A stretch of 64,000 nucleotides of DNA from Octopus vulgaris (GCA_951406725.2 OX597823.1:2790001-2854000), one strand, 5' to 3'; counted from the first letter of the stretch, positions 29,608-44,297 are shown. Notes: generated by a model not told the origin, from the letters alone. Program-made: numbers and translations.

Positions 29608-31508
29608 CAGAACAGTCCTGATATATTTTGTCATGTCTGTGGTTCATTTACCACCAAAGCCCAGCAACGTGCCATCACAAGTGAAATCAAGAAGATCTAC
29701 CAGTTATAATTTGGCTGCTCTCTCGGAGAACAAGATAAGAGTTGGGCCCCGCACATCATCAGCTCAGCTTGTTCAAATGGACCAAGGGATTGGCTAAATA
29801 AGAGGAAGAGAGCAATGCCATTTGCAATACCTATGATATGGAGAGAGCCAAAGGATCGTTTCTTGGACTGTTATTTCTACAACGTTAATGCATGTGGGTT
29901 TACTGTAAAGACCAAGCATAAGATTGTGTATCCCAACTTGGAATCAGCAAGAACACCAGCAAGATGAAGATCTTCTTATTCCAATACCACCAGAAAATGG
30001 CCTTCAGATGTTTGACGAAGGCGTATTTCCTGAAGAAAAAACTACTGCTGTGGAAGAGACCGAAGTGGATGCAGATTTCATGAGTGAAAATGAAGACGTA
30101 CCACAGAAATTTTCTCAAGGAGAGTTAAATGATTTAGTTAGAGACTTGCCATTGTCGAAGGATAAAGTTGAACTTGGCTACAAGAAAAGTGTCTGCTTAA
30201 GAAAGATGTTTGTATTACTCATTTCAGGAAGAGAAATAGGGATCTGACTTCATGCTTCTCTGTTGATGTTTCAGTAATAACAATGATGAGTTATTTCGCT
30301 GTTTGTTCCAAGAGCATGTTCCAGCCGAATGGCGCTTATTCATTGATTCATCTAAGAGAATCCTCAAGGCAGTACTACTACACACTGGCAATAAGAAACC
30401 ATCCATTCCCATAGGACATTCAGTGCACGTGAAGGAGTGTTATGAATACATGCAAGTACTCCTCAATGCCATAGAGTATACAAACTACAGCTGGAAAATA
30501 TGTGGAAACTTGAAGGTGATTGGAATGTTGATGGGAATGCAATTTGGGTTCACCAAATATTGTTGCTTTTTATGCCTATGGGACAGTCGTGAAACTAACA
30601 AGCACTATGTGCAATCAGAGTGACCTTTGCGAAAATCATATGAGAAGGGAGTCTCTAGCATCCCGAGTAAGCCATTTTAAACCCAGAAAATGTTCTTCTC
30701 CCTCTTCACATAACGCTTCGCCTCATGAAACAATTCATGAAGACACTTACCAGGAAAAGCTCAAAAGGTTTTGAATATGTGAAGGTTAAATTTCTAAAAA
30801 TCCCCGAGGCAAAACTGAAGGAGGGCTTATCCATAGGTCCACAGATAAAAGAACTCCTGAAGGACAACCACTTCCTCACAGCACTGGATGAGATTAAGCT
30901 TAAAGCCTGGGAATCCTTCAAATGGCTCTGCGAAAATTTCCCAGGCAACAAGAGATCTCTAGAGTTTAGAAATGGAGTGAAATGTCTTCTAGACTCCAAC
31001 ACTGCAATGGACTGTCGGATCTCCATTTCCTTGATTCTGGACTTTTTTGCAGGGAACCTTGGAGCAGTGTTTGATGAGCTGGGGAACGCTTTCCTCAAGA
31101 TATTGCATCGATGGAACAACGATATCAAGGATTTTGGAATGCAGGAATGTTAGCTGACTACTGTTGGATGTTATACAGGGATGAACCAGAGACAAAACAC
31201 CATAGAAAGTCCAAATCCCAAAGATTTTAAGTTGTTATGCATTTGAGTGTATTCTAAATTATTTTTACACAATAATTTTAATTTTGTACAATAAAAATCC
31301 ATGAAATCATCGTATCTTGTATTCAATATACTTTATATAGACATGCTTTACGTATCCTATAAGTTGAAAGAGCAGGTATCATTAACATGAAAATGTGACC
31401 TGACAGAGGAAATCGGACTTCAGATTCGTAACCAGCATCAAAATTTAACCCAGAAAAGTTAATCAGCAACTCTGATGATTAAATAAAGTTTCATTTTGTT
31501 GACCAGTG
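29608..31508 (+). mobile_element. Decayed DNA transposon, Chapaev3-like (CMC superfamily), 5'-truncated, 3' terminus retained
   Basis: NSPDIFCHVCG, QDKSWAPH, MPFAIPMIWREP, WRLFIDSSKR.LKAVLLH, ICGNLKV...GFTKYCCFLCLWDSR, MLADYCW across broken frames; ends GTTGACCAGTG then TA. Family name is from recalled motifs, not a search. Confidence 0.75.
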
Positions 31509-31913
31509 TATTCTAGATAGTTGCTTGGCAAACCAGAAACAGCAGTCAAATCTCCTTCTAATCGCACACTTACGCTTCAATCTTAATGAATCTCTCCACC
31601 AATTTTGTCGTATTCGTCTTTATAATTTGATTCATATCCAAACTGTTTTATAGAGATTCTAATTCGCACCAACACCAACAACAAGTAGTTGACGACTATA
31701 TTGTGTAATCCACTCCTAAGATAATTAAAAGTTAAGGTGGCCTCCATAGGATTTGAATTCAGATCATTAAGGACCCAAAATAAAAAATAAAAACACCAAG
31801 GTATATTTTCTGTTATTCTAATGATTTTACAATCCACTGTAAAAAGAAAAGCAAAAAACAAAAGAAAAAGTATTTAAAAAATGAAACTAAAGAGCCATTA
31901 CGGGACTAAGCAA

Positions 31914-31952
31914 CGTCAGCAGCAGCAGCAGCAACAGCAGCAACAGCAGCAA

Positions 31953-31984
<32 letters not shown>

Positions 31985-31985
31985 A
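31914..31985. repeat. (CAG/CAA)n microsatellite, intronic
   Basis: Mixed CAG/CAA run 37 bp from the exon 8 donor. Confidence 0.9.
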
Positions 31986-32021
31986 GATTTTACTTTGTAT
32001 AGAATTATGAACAGGAAATAC

Positions 32022-32104
32022 CTTCAATCCACCTCTGCTTGGCACGGACATATTTTCTACCCATTCCTGCAACTCTCCGTCCCCATCAACAGCTTCATCA
32101 TTTT
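32022..32104 (-). CDS. Lipoxygenase window exon 8
   Basis: TTTCAG/GTATTT boundaries, 83 nt; NDEAVDGDGELQEWVENMSVPSRGGLK (D-x-ELQ-x-W motif). Confidence 0.92.
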
Positions 32105-32262
32105 CTGAAATTATAAATAAATGGGGAATACGATTGTTAGTCGCAGTCAGTTGCAGGAGAGAACTGACACGTTCCTCTCAACTCCTCAGGTGTATGAAGC
32201 AGTTGGCCTCCTACAAAAATTTCTCAGTCAATTCCCGATTCTTTCCACACATTTTCGGTAGT

Positions 32263-32350
<88 letters not shown>

Positions 32351-32819
32351 TAATGAATTAAAAGCAGCACTAGTGTTGTGAACATTATCGACCGCACATA
32401 CTCAATGGATGTGTTTTGCTTGTTCACTGGTACGCTCTGACATAGCGCTGTGGGGACGACTCCCTCTTAACACTGAGTGAAAACCACTGAAAGTCATAGA
32501 CAGGTGAGACAACTCGTCCCCCGATCGCATTCAGGAGCGATGGCTGCTGATATTTCGCCATTTCTGTAGTTTATCAATATAACGGACCCGAATTGAACCA
32601 GGGACAAGAAATATGAGTGGACAGATGAAAGAAAGAAGCACTCAACACGGCTGGTTGGAGTTGTATGTATTTTATAACATTTACACTCAGCTCTACATCA
32701 CTTACAATTTGTGATTGTAGAACACGTGCACATCCTGAGATGTTCGGAGACAGAGTAGAGGAATTTTTAAAAGATTTAGAAAACTTCGAGGTGAGATTGT
32801 TTAGGCTTCCGTTGGCCTG

Positions 32820-33010
32820 TCACCTTAGAAAAAATTGGTGAAAGCAATGTTTTCGTCATAGACGTCAGCGAATCTTTGGACCGTGTCTGGTATGCAGAAT
32901 CCTCTCGCTTAAGATTTCCACCAGTCTCTCATCTCTTGGATCGGTAGTTTTCTATCAGATCACATTAATGTGAGGGACGAAACCGGATATGGACGGGGAC
33001 GGCTTTGACT
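32820..33010 (+). mobile_element. Highly decayed LINE RT fragment
   Basis: IDVSESLDRVWY and SWIGSFLSD resemble the LDISKAFDRVWH and WI.SFL.DR RT motifs. Confidence 0.45.
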
Positions 33011-33377
33011 TGTTTGGGTGAGTAACCGTACCGTTTAAGTAATTTGACCGTGTGCTGGACCTGATTCTGTGACTGCACACCCGTTAGAGATTGAAGAATT
33101 TGGGAGAAGCGAATGAGATGTTGGGAGTTGATGATAAGGTATGATGAGGCAAAGACCAAGAGAGAGGAAACAGTAAAATTAAAGAGAGCAGAAGAACTGA
33201 GGATGGAGTGTGTGTGTGTAGGGGGGTGAGTAGATGGAGAGAGAGAGAGAGAGAAAAAAAAAGAAAGTGAGAGAGAGAGCTGTTCAGGAGCTTAGAGATT
33301 TCAGAGATAACAGAGTGAATTCGAGAGAGTTAAGTAAGGAGAAAAGAGGACAAAAGAAACAAAGGAATCGAGTTGTA

Positions 33378-33413
<36 letters not shown>

Positions 33414-33541
33414 ATGGCAACGAGCTATTGTAACTAAATTTCTGGTATTTCTTTTGTCCAATACTGTGTTGACTCCTCATCTCCCATCCATTTCTATTTA
33501 TATCTTATAAATAAGATGAATGAATAAACGAATACAATTAC

Positions 33542-33647
33542 CATAGTGGAGATCTATATAGCTGGACACGTACTTATATACACAGTCGTACAATAAAAGC
33601 GAATCATCTCTGAAATAGTATTTGGGCAAAACTTTCGGATCGTCAAC
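33542..33647 (-). CDS. Lipoxygenase window exon 7
   Basis: TTTCAG/GTAATT boundaries, 106 nt; VDDPKVLPKYYFRDDSLLLYDCVYKYVSSYIDLHY. Confidence 0.93.
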
Positions 33648-33979
33648 CTGAAATATGAGAGCAAAGAGTGATATCTTCATAGATAAAACGTGCCAGACAA
33701 ATGTTTTCTTTTTATGCTTCATTAACCTTGCTGAGGAATTGTTTATTAATAATGAAACCTCATGCCAAGTTGCCTAAGAGACTGACTGCGTCTTGCTTTC
33801 ACGTAGAACGAAATCCTTTATGAATATGTATTTGTGTATTCATTGAGTTTGCAAGCGTTGAGTGTATGGAATAACGTTTCATGTACCCCAGGATAGATGT
33901 GCATATGATATATAACTTACGTATTACAACCCAGAAATATATGTGTATGTGCTTATATCATATGTACGAAAATACTGGA

Positions 33980-34340
33980 GTCAGCTGAAGAGTTCATAGA
34001 CTGATCAAGATGGTCTCATGGCATGTGACCAAATGAGGTGTATTTTTCAAGATGTCCTCCTTGCAGTCTACACACTTCTTCCATCGGCGTTGCAGTGCTT
34101 GGATCTCATTGGTTGAGAAGCTTTCATCCGACTGGTAAAAAAAATGTCATCAACAGCAGATATGATGTCATCAACGTTGCGATACTGGTTCCGAGGCAAG
34201 TGTTTTATCAGATGAAAGTCAGATGGGATCCAAATGATAGAATGAGGATGGAGAGAGTGATCAATCAGTTCAAAGCCACAATGACGCATAGCAACCATTG
34301 AAACCAAAGACTTGTCTTGATGACCACTTTCACCAAACCA
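33980..34340 (-). mobile_element. Mariner transposase 3' remnant
   Basis: GFELIDH...PSDFHL (YSPDLAPSDFHLF-like) and GIQALQRRWKKCVDC on the minus strand. Confidence 0.7.
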
Positions 34341-34369
34341 AAATAATAATAATGATTACTCATTTACGA

Positions 34370-34588
34370 AGACGACGAACTGGCAGACTCGTTAGCACGT
34401 CGGGCGAAATGCTTAGCAGTATTCCGTCCGTATTCATGTTCTGAGTTCAAATTCTGCCGAGATCGACTTTGCCTTTCATCCTTTCGGGGTCGATAAATTA
34501 AGCACCAGTGAAACACTGGGGTCGATATACTCGACTAGTCTCCTCCCCCAAAATTTCAGACCATGTGTCTATAGTAGAACGGATTATT
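34370..34588 (+). mobile_element. tRNA-derived SINE (Meta-domain-like family)
   Basis: GTTCAAATTC B-box-like, then GCCTTTCATCCTTTCGGGGTCGATAAATTAAG.ACCAG. Confidence 0.8.
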
Positions 34589-34677
34589 TTGGGAAGATTG
34601 ATTTAATTGAAGCTAATGAAACAATTGCAAGCTAAACAATAAACGGCGTTTGATAACTTTTTTCTTTGATGTTCTTT

Positions 34678-34731
<54 letters not shown>

Positions 34732-34849
34732 ATGCTGGTGTTTTGTGGACTTTCGGATTGCTAGTGTAACGTGCTCCAGAGGAATATCTCCACTTTCCAA
34801 CTTCCAAATAGCCACCATTAATACAAGTTCTTCATGAGGAAAATGCCGG

Positions 34850-35752
34850 GATCACACAGCGACATATAAATAAGAATACAAAGCTGGCTCTTTACAAATC
34901 ATTTGTCTTACTGTCCCTGTTGTATTCCTGTGAAACATGGACTTGTTATAAAAGGCATTTTAAACTGTTAGAACAATTCCAGCAGAAATGCCTTCATCGC
35001 ATTTTAAAAATTAAATGGAGTTCTTTTACTCCAAACACAGATGTTCTTGTTTCTGCAGGCATCACCCCAATTAAAGCTATGATTTTGAGGAATCATCTGA
35101 GATGGTGTGGCCATATTGCTCAATGAAAGATGAACGCATGCCGAAACAGCTGTTTTATGGTGAGCTTGCAGAGGGGAAGCGCTATCGACATAAACCTAAA
35201 AAAAAGGACTACTATGAAGTCACTTGGAATGGTTCCAGAAGATATAGAAACCCTTGCTTCGGATCGAGTTGGATGGCGAACAAAGGTGTGGAGTAGAGTG
35301 AAAGCATTTGAAGAGGCCAGGATAACACAAGTAAGACTGAAAAGAGGTCCAAGGAAGAATGTTACGATCGAGACGGTGAATGACAATGACCTTTTTGTTC
35401 TGCACAGTTTGTGACAGACCATGCCTTTCTTTTGCTGGGCTCAAATCTCATTTGCGAACCCATGGAAAACGAACCTCCACCAACTATTCTGCCTATATGT
35501 CTGTGCACACCTTTTAATGCCGTGTATACCATAAAGTCTGCAAATCTAAATGAGGCCTTAAAAGACATTTGAAGATCCACAAAGATCAGAACCAAACTGC
35601 AGCTCTTGGTGGTCCAAATCGGATGCGCAATCTGTGTGGCTGTCTTTTCAAAACATTGTCTGGCTTAAAAGGCAACAGCAGGTACCATGATGGATCTAAG
35701 GTGTCCATACAGAAGGTGGCCAGACTCTGCATAAGGAGTAGAGAACCACCAT
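34850..35752 (+). mobile_element. RTE-clade LINE 3' fragment with C-terminal C2H2 zinc-finger motifs
   Basis: LLYSCETWT, LRWCGHI..MKDERMPKQLFYGEL RTE motifs; CTVC-x12-HLRTH finger at ~35400-35463; microsatellite tail. Confidence 0.85.
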
Positions 35753-35783
35753 GTATATACATATTTATAAATACACACACACA

Positions 35784-35836
<53 letters not shown>

Positions 35837-37409
35837 ACATGTGTCTGTGTGTTTGTATGTATGTATGTATGTATATATAAATACATATATGCATATACAC
35901 ACACATACACATATGTATATGTATAGTCTGAGTATCCTGTCGTTGCCGGATAATTTTCACAATAGAATGCCTTGGCGGACTTTCGGAATAGCATAAGATG
36001 GATTTTCTCTCTTTTCTAACATGTATTGATGTTTTTCAGTATTCTCCCCCCCCCCCACAAACACATTTTATGAAATGATAAAGCAATATAGTCTATTGCT
36101 AAGATGTAAGCAACAACAAAAAATTGCAATCGCTTCAGTAAGAATAAGCATTTACTAACAGAAAAGCATGTTATTAAAATAAGTTATCTTTTAAATACCT
36201 TTTTAAATCAATGTTGACCTAATGAAGCTCCTTACTCATGTGCACACACTCACACACTCAGCGTGAGCGATATACTTTTATTGAGAGTGAGAAAATTTAT
36301 CATGAGAAAATGAAAGATGAATTTCGAAATTTTTAAAATTAAGTGAAAAATTTCAAATTTGGTATATTGTACTTTTTCACGACGAATCCAAGTTCGTGAT
36401 TCGTTTATTCCTGAAAGATCTTAGTAAAGTGTTACAGAGGTTTAAAGTTTCATAATTTTAATCTAATGGGAAAACAGAATTTGGAAGCTAAGCATTTTTT
36501 GTGTGATAAATTGTGTATCATAAAATGAAAGTGAGCATTAGAAGACCAGGTTTTAAACAAAATGAAGGCTATGTGTGAGAATTAATACATATGCGAGTAA
36601 GAGTGAGTATCAAAGAGCATGGTAAATACAGATAGATTGATGGAGATAGAGACTGGGAGAATTGTCGATCTAAAAGTCGAGTTATTTCTCATAGAAAATT
36701 ACATTTTTTAATTATTATTAACGGACAGCATTGTCTTTGGGATGCAGATTTTGAAAATGAAATTAATTTTTCTAAAAGATGCAGTGTTTTAGAGCCTTCT
36801 AGGGCTAAACACACATACGCGTGCATTGTATTTTTTACACACACACACACATATATATAGATATTTCTATATAAGAAGTTTGTAATTTAATCTGTCTCGC
36901 TGCAAAGGATAATAGAAAGGAAAGTTCAATAGTCTGCAAGTGAAGTCAGCGCACGCTTCTCCAAAGACGTGTTTTACTGGCAACAACAAGTCCAATTTAA
37001 AAATACTAGGATCATTTGAAGAGTACAGTTCTTTGATTCACTCCGACCATTTTGAAGCGGGAGCAACAATGAACAGCATCAATTATACCCAGAGAAAATA
37101 GTAATCATCGGAATTCTCTTGATTAGATATGTGCATGGCAGGGGTTAACTTGACGTTAAACAACACCTCAGATGTGTTTGATCTGCCAGAGAGATGTAAG
37201 AAACGTGCATAGCGAAAAATGCAAGAAACGTACAAAGTGAAAAATGTAAGAAATGTTTCACGTACGTTATACAATGTAGTCTTAGATTATTCTAAGTAGA
37301 ATGAATAATTAGAGAGAGAATACTTCGAAGAATGATCGTGAATCTTTCGCCTCAATGAAGATTTACCTGGGGTTAAACCAAAATAATAAGCAACAAAAGA
37401 ATTACTTAC

Positions 37410-37470
37410 TTTTCGGTTTGCAAAATCATTAGCAGGAATTCCATCTCGATAAAAGTCCCATTCTTGTAGT
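37410..37470 (-). CDS. Lipoxygenase window exon 6
   Basis: TTTCAG/GTAAGT boundaries, 61 nt; LQEWDFYRDGIPANDFANRK; phases match both neighbours. Confidence 0.88.
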
Positions 37471-37639
37471 CTGAAAACAGTATATATGCATGTGTATATG
37501 TAAATATTATACCAGTATGTTATAAAAATATTTTTGATATTCCTGAAAATTATTCTTCCAAGCACTTGAAAGACTGTTGAAAAGTAGTGGATACCTACCA
37601 GGTATAAAACCGAACCTGAATCAAACAATAATAATAATG

Positions 37640-37853
37640 ATAATCTTTTCTACTAAAGGCAGAATGTCTGGAATTTTGGGAGAGGGGACGAAGCGATTAC
37701 ATCGACCCCGGTGTTTCACTGGTACTTAATTTATCCACCCTGAAAGGTGAAAAGCTAAATTGACTTCGGTGGAATTTGAACTCAGAATATAAAGACGGAA
37801 GAAATTCTGCTAAGCATATCACCCGGCATGCTAACGATTCTGCCAGCTCGCCG

Positions 37854-37856
<3 letters not shown>
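37640..37856 (-). mobile_element. tRNA-derived SINE (Meta-domain-like family)
   Basis: Same conserved blocks as the other copies; ends against (TAA)n. Confidence 0.8.
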
Positions 37857-37935
<79 letters not shown>

Positions 37936-38010
37936 AAGAAGAAGAAGAAGAAGAAGAAGAAGAAGAAGAAGAAGAAGAAGAAGAAGAAGAAGAAGAAGAA
38001 GAAGAAGAAG
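37857..38010. repeat. Compound (TAA)n(GAA)n microsatellite
   Basis: Seen directly. Confidence 0.95.
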
Positions 38011-39765
<1,755 letters not shown>

Positions 39766-39894
39766 TATAGGGTTGAGGTAACTCCTCCAGAAGATACAGA
39801 AGCAACAAAAGAAGAGTGCCATTGTTATGAAGTGAATGATATTTCGACATCTCGTTTGTTTTGCACAGGTTCAAAAAAATAAACTTGTCAATCT

Positions 39895-40113
39895 ACTTCC
39901 TTTATTGCCCACAATGGCCTAAGCACAGAGGAGACAAACAAGGACAGACAAATGAGTTTCGAGTCCAGTGCTCAACTGGTACTTAATTTATCGACCCCGA
40001 AAGGATGAAAGGCAAAGTCGACCTCGGCGGAATTTGAACTCAGAACGTAACAGCAGACATAATACCACTAAGCATTTCGTCCGGCGTGATAACGTTTCTG
40101 CCAGCTCGCCGCT
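39895..40113 (-). mobile_element. tRNA-derived SINE (Meta-domain-like family)
   Basis: GGTACTTAATTTATCGACCCCGAAAGGATGAAAGGCAAAGTCGACCTCGGCGG block. Confidence 0.85.
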
Positions 40114-41032
40114 TTTGTTTGAGTTTATCTTGGCTTTATATAGTCTCTGATAAATTTATCTTTTCGGATATAGATGGAGCTCTATTGGATGATAAATGTA
40201 TCACTTCAGGTCTGGAGGTTGAAATCGAATAAAAGAAATCATTTTAAAAACATAGTCCACAAACTTTTACCTCTCCAAAAGACAAAGGTAAAATTTTCTT
40301 AGTCGTAATCAAATAACATCAAGAAAAATTAACTCCGGGCTAGAAGTCTGCTGACCAACCAAGCTGTCCATCTACATACATCTTTTGTGAACCCTAAAGA
40401 ACAAGGTAAGAAAATTTTTATAAATCTCTTAAATAGAGCTCAAATAATATCAACAAATAAAGGAATTTGCTGACCAACTAACCTTTCCGCCTACTGTCTT
40501 TTCTGAACTCTAGATAATCAAATTTCTAAGCTTAAAACTTCATGACCTAAAGCTGATATGCTTAAATAAACACACCGAATCACAAAATTTTACATGTTGG
40601 ACAGAACGCTGCACAATAACTTCTAACTTCATAGAACAAACAAGTTAAGTACAGATAGCAACAACAACAATAACTCAACCTATTTACTTAGCTGCAGAAT
40701 AACTTATAACTCCTCACCTACCTTCATTTTCTTGTGAACCCTAAAAAACAAGCTCGAAGCTGACACACCTAAACAGACACACCTGATTGCAATGTTGTAC
40801 ACATGCCACTGAACTCTAAACAATAACACAACTCCAACGTTTATTAATAAAAAATCTACTGTAATATTATTGTATCAAACCTCGTCCTACAACCAGATTA
40901 TCATCCAAAAGAGCTCCATCTAAAGCAGAAAAAAACCCAAAATTACTGGACACAATATATGACCCAGAATATCTGAGTCCGCAGAAGGCTAAGCAGGCTA
41001 AAACTTCAAAGTCACTGACAACATTATTCTTG

Positions 41033-41100
<68 letters not shown>

Positions 41101-41344
41101 CACCGTGATCACCGTGACCGACCAGGCTATCAGATGTTGCTACATATCGCTGGTCACAATGCGTTTCGCATTGCTTTAGCCTTCAAATGACGCCACCTTG
41201 CTGGCTAAGCGAGCAGGCCAATATATATATATATATCTATATATACGTTCAGCAAAATTTAGATTCAAATGAACATGGTACTTAGTTAGATGCGCCAGAA
41301 TTTTGTACGGTGTTATCCATAAAAATCCATGGGGTGATTATAAT

Positions 41345-42042
41345 CAAAATAAGAAACAAGAATATCTTCAGTAATTTGGTACGATCGTTTCACGCTACTT
41401 CATTTTATTAAACATTGTTAGTATTACAACAGTTTTAAAATGTTGAACAATCATCAGCCATTAATAGAGGTTTTCCATCAATACATTTACTTATTTTCAT
41501 GTTAATTGATAATATTATAAAGCGGGTAGATATACGGACAGAGATGTTGATTTGAATGTTAAGAACATTAAGGTCTTAGAATTTATCTTCTGACTGAAGA
41601 ATATTCTTTAAGTTATATGGAACTGCTAGAAAGTGGGGAGGGATGTTCTGTTGGATGGAGACAAAAGAGATTTTCTATTTATAGAAGTAGGTAGGGGTGA
41701 AATAAATGTCAGAAATTATTCCTAAAGAAAATTAAAGTGGAAGGGGTTATATTGTCTTAGAGGCTGTTTACTCCTATTTGGCAATGTGATTTTGTATCAA
41801 GAAAACTAGGTCAATGCTAAATGATCACAATGGCCATCCATAAACTAAATAGTTACAGAAAATACAGAGATTCCTTTATACTTATACAAACATATACAAA
41901 TATGCATCCGCTTTAATCTATAAGATTATACTTGGCTAGTAGGGGCTGATTATTTCAATAAGTTGGATTAAAAGAGAATTATAAATCTAATATTTATTAA
42001 GATCGTACCAGATTACCGAAGATATTCTTGTTGCTTATTTGG
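41345..42042 (-). mobile_element. Element with ~40-bp inverted ends and a hammerhead-like motif; probable decayed Penelope-like 3' end
   Basis: AAATAAGAAACAAGAATATCTTCAGTAATTTGGTACGATC mirrors GATCGTACCAGATTACCGAAGATATTCTTGTTGCTTATTT; minus-strand CTGATGA (41451-41457) and GAAACGATCGTA. Confidence 0.45.
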
Positions 42043-42387
42043 ATATATATAAATATATATATATATGAAAGGAGGTTTGAAAATGCAATTTTAAAAGATG
42101 TCTATTCACTTGACTGGTTTCACTTTTTTATAAAAAGATTATCAAAAGTAAACTGTAAAGCTTTGTTGTGTTAAGTACTGGTTGTCACAAAAATATTACA
42201 ATATATATATGCATTCTTTGATAATAATAAGAACATGTTAAAAACAGTTTACAAGGAAAAATCTTGGGAAAATATAAAAAAAAGTTCATTAAAATATTGG
42301 GCACAAAAAATTACAATACATATATACATTCTTTGATAATAATAAGAAAATGTTAAAAACAGTTTACAGAAAAAAATTTTTTTTGAG

Positions 42388-42427
<40 letters not shown>

Positions 42428-42428
<1 letters not shown>

Positions 42429-42837
42429 TCTTTTACTCTTTTACTCGTTTCAGTCATTTGACTGCGGCCATGCTGGAGCACCGCCTTTTAGTCGAGCAAA
42501 TCGATCACAGGACTTATTCTTTGGAAGCCTAGTACTTATTCTATTGGTCTCTTTACCAAACCACTAAGTTACGGGGACATAAACATACCAGCATCGGTTG
42601 TCAAGCGATGTTTGGGGGACAAACACAGACACAAACATATGCACACACACATACATATATATATGTATATATACACATATATACGACGGGCTTCTTTCAG
42701 TTTCCGTCTACCAAATCCACTCACAAGGCTTTGGTCTGCTCGAGACTATAGTAGAAAACACTTGCCCAAGGTGTCACGCGGTGGGACTGAACCCGGAACC
42801 ATGTGATTGGTAAGCAAGCTACTTACCACACAGCCAA
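42428..42837 (-). mobile_element. Full-length tRNA/CORE-like SINE with CR1-like 3' tail
   Basis: Head TGGCTGTGTGGTAAGTAGC...GGTTCAGTCCC, ACCTTGGGCAAGTGT core, internal (CA/TA)n, tail GGCGGTGCTCCAGCATGGCCGCAGTC...GTAAAAGAGTAAAAGAG. Confidence 0.85.
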
Positions 42838-43207
42838 TACTAGTAATATCAAATATATTTGTATATGCAAACATGTGCATATATATGTGTGTTACACACA
42901 CATACACACATACATATGTAAGTCAATGTATGTATACATATATACCCATGTATATCTATGTGTGTGTATATATATATATGCATATATGTATACATACGTA
43001 TATATGTGTGTATGCGTCTGTGTGTGTATACACATATAGATATATACATGTATATATATATGATATAGGTGTGAATGTACACACACATACACACATATTG
43101 ATATATAAACATGGGTGTACACATATATAAATGAATAAATATGCTTACATTTATGTAGATACATATGCGTTTAAATAAATACTTATGGGGGTAGATGGGC
43201 GAGTATT

Positions 43208-43271
<64 letters not shown>

Positions 43272-43308
43272 TGTATGTGTGTGTGCGCGCGTTCAGCATC
43301 TACCTTAC

Positions 43309-43401
43309 CCTTTACAAACCAGTTCTATCATTCCCTCTGATCCAATGGTCATTGTTTGGTCGACCCAAGCACCAGGATCCATAAGTTTCTCGAATGCGAA
43401 A
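43309..43401 (-). CDS. Lipoxygenase window exon 5
   Basis: TTGCAG/GTAAGG boundaries, 93 nt; FAFEKLMDPGAWVDQTMTIGSEGMIELVCK. Confidence 0.9.
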
Positions 43402-43869
43402 CTGCAAAAACATAGATTCAGGAGAAAAAATGTATTAATTCACATAATAATACTGTAGAGAGGAATATTTTTATTATATATATATAAAATAAAAAACCAT
43501 TACCTATGTACTAATTAGTTTCACTCGTTAATATTTACGTATATGGACACGCAAACATCTGCAAGATCATCAGCATCTGTCGTTAATTTTAAATAAAAAA
43601 ATGTTCTCTAACCGGTAAATTGACTGCTGTAGTTTATTAACTGCAGAGTAATTCCCGATCTCAGCGCGCCAAAGTGAAGGCATTTGAAAGATACACATAC
43701 ATATAATTTGTAGAACTTTATACATGCTGAATTGCGGTTGAGCGTTCTGTATCTAGTTCTGGAAATTGTGTTTTATAAAATTTACGGCAGCGAATTCGTG
43801 ACGAACCCTTTTTCTTTTCACTGTCGTTTTTTCACTTCATCTTTTTTACAGCGGCCCTCTCGATCTATA

Positions 43870-44297
43870 CCTGTTGTTGTGCTCTTTCCTTCATATCTTC
43901 GTTACCAGCTCCTTCACTCTCTCTTTCAGACCTTCCTCTTCCTATCTCCCCTCTCCTTTTTCATATCTTCTTTCTTTTTCCGCTTCCCTCTCCCTTCCTT
44001 TGTCTCTCTTTACACCTATCTCTCTCCTTCTCTTTTCCATATCCTTCTCCTTTTCTCATCTCTTTCCCTCATTCTGTCTCTCCCTCCCTTTGTCTCTTTC
44101 TACATCTACCTCTCTCCCTCTCTGTTTCATAACTCTCACTTTTCCTCTCCTCTCCTTCCATTTCATATCTTCCTCCTTTTCTCACTTCTCTCTCCCTTCT
44201 TTTGTCTCCCTCTCCATCTACCTCTTTCCCTCTCACCTCACCCTCTCCCTCATATACTTCTCTTCTCACTCCGTCTCTCCACATCCTTCATTCTCTC
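43870..44297. repeat. Polypyrimidine/polypurine low-complexity tract
   Basis: Almost only C/T on the plus strand, with internal imperfect repeats. Confidence 0.8.

Noticed and set aside
31881-32108. Polyglutamine protein ORF
   Set aside because: A CAG/CAA microsatellite read antisense to lipoxygenase exon 8, with no other coding evidence.
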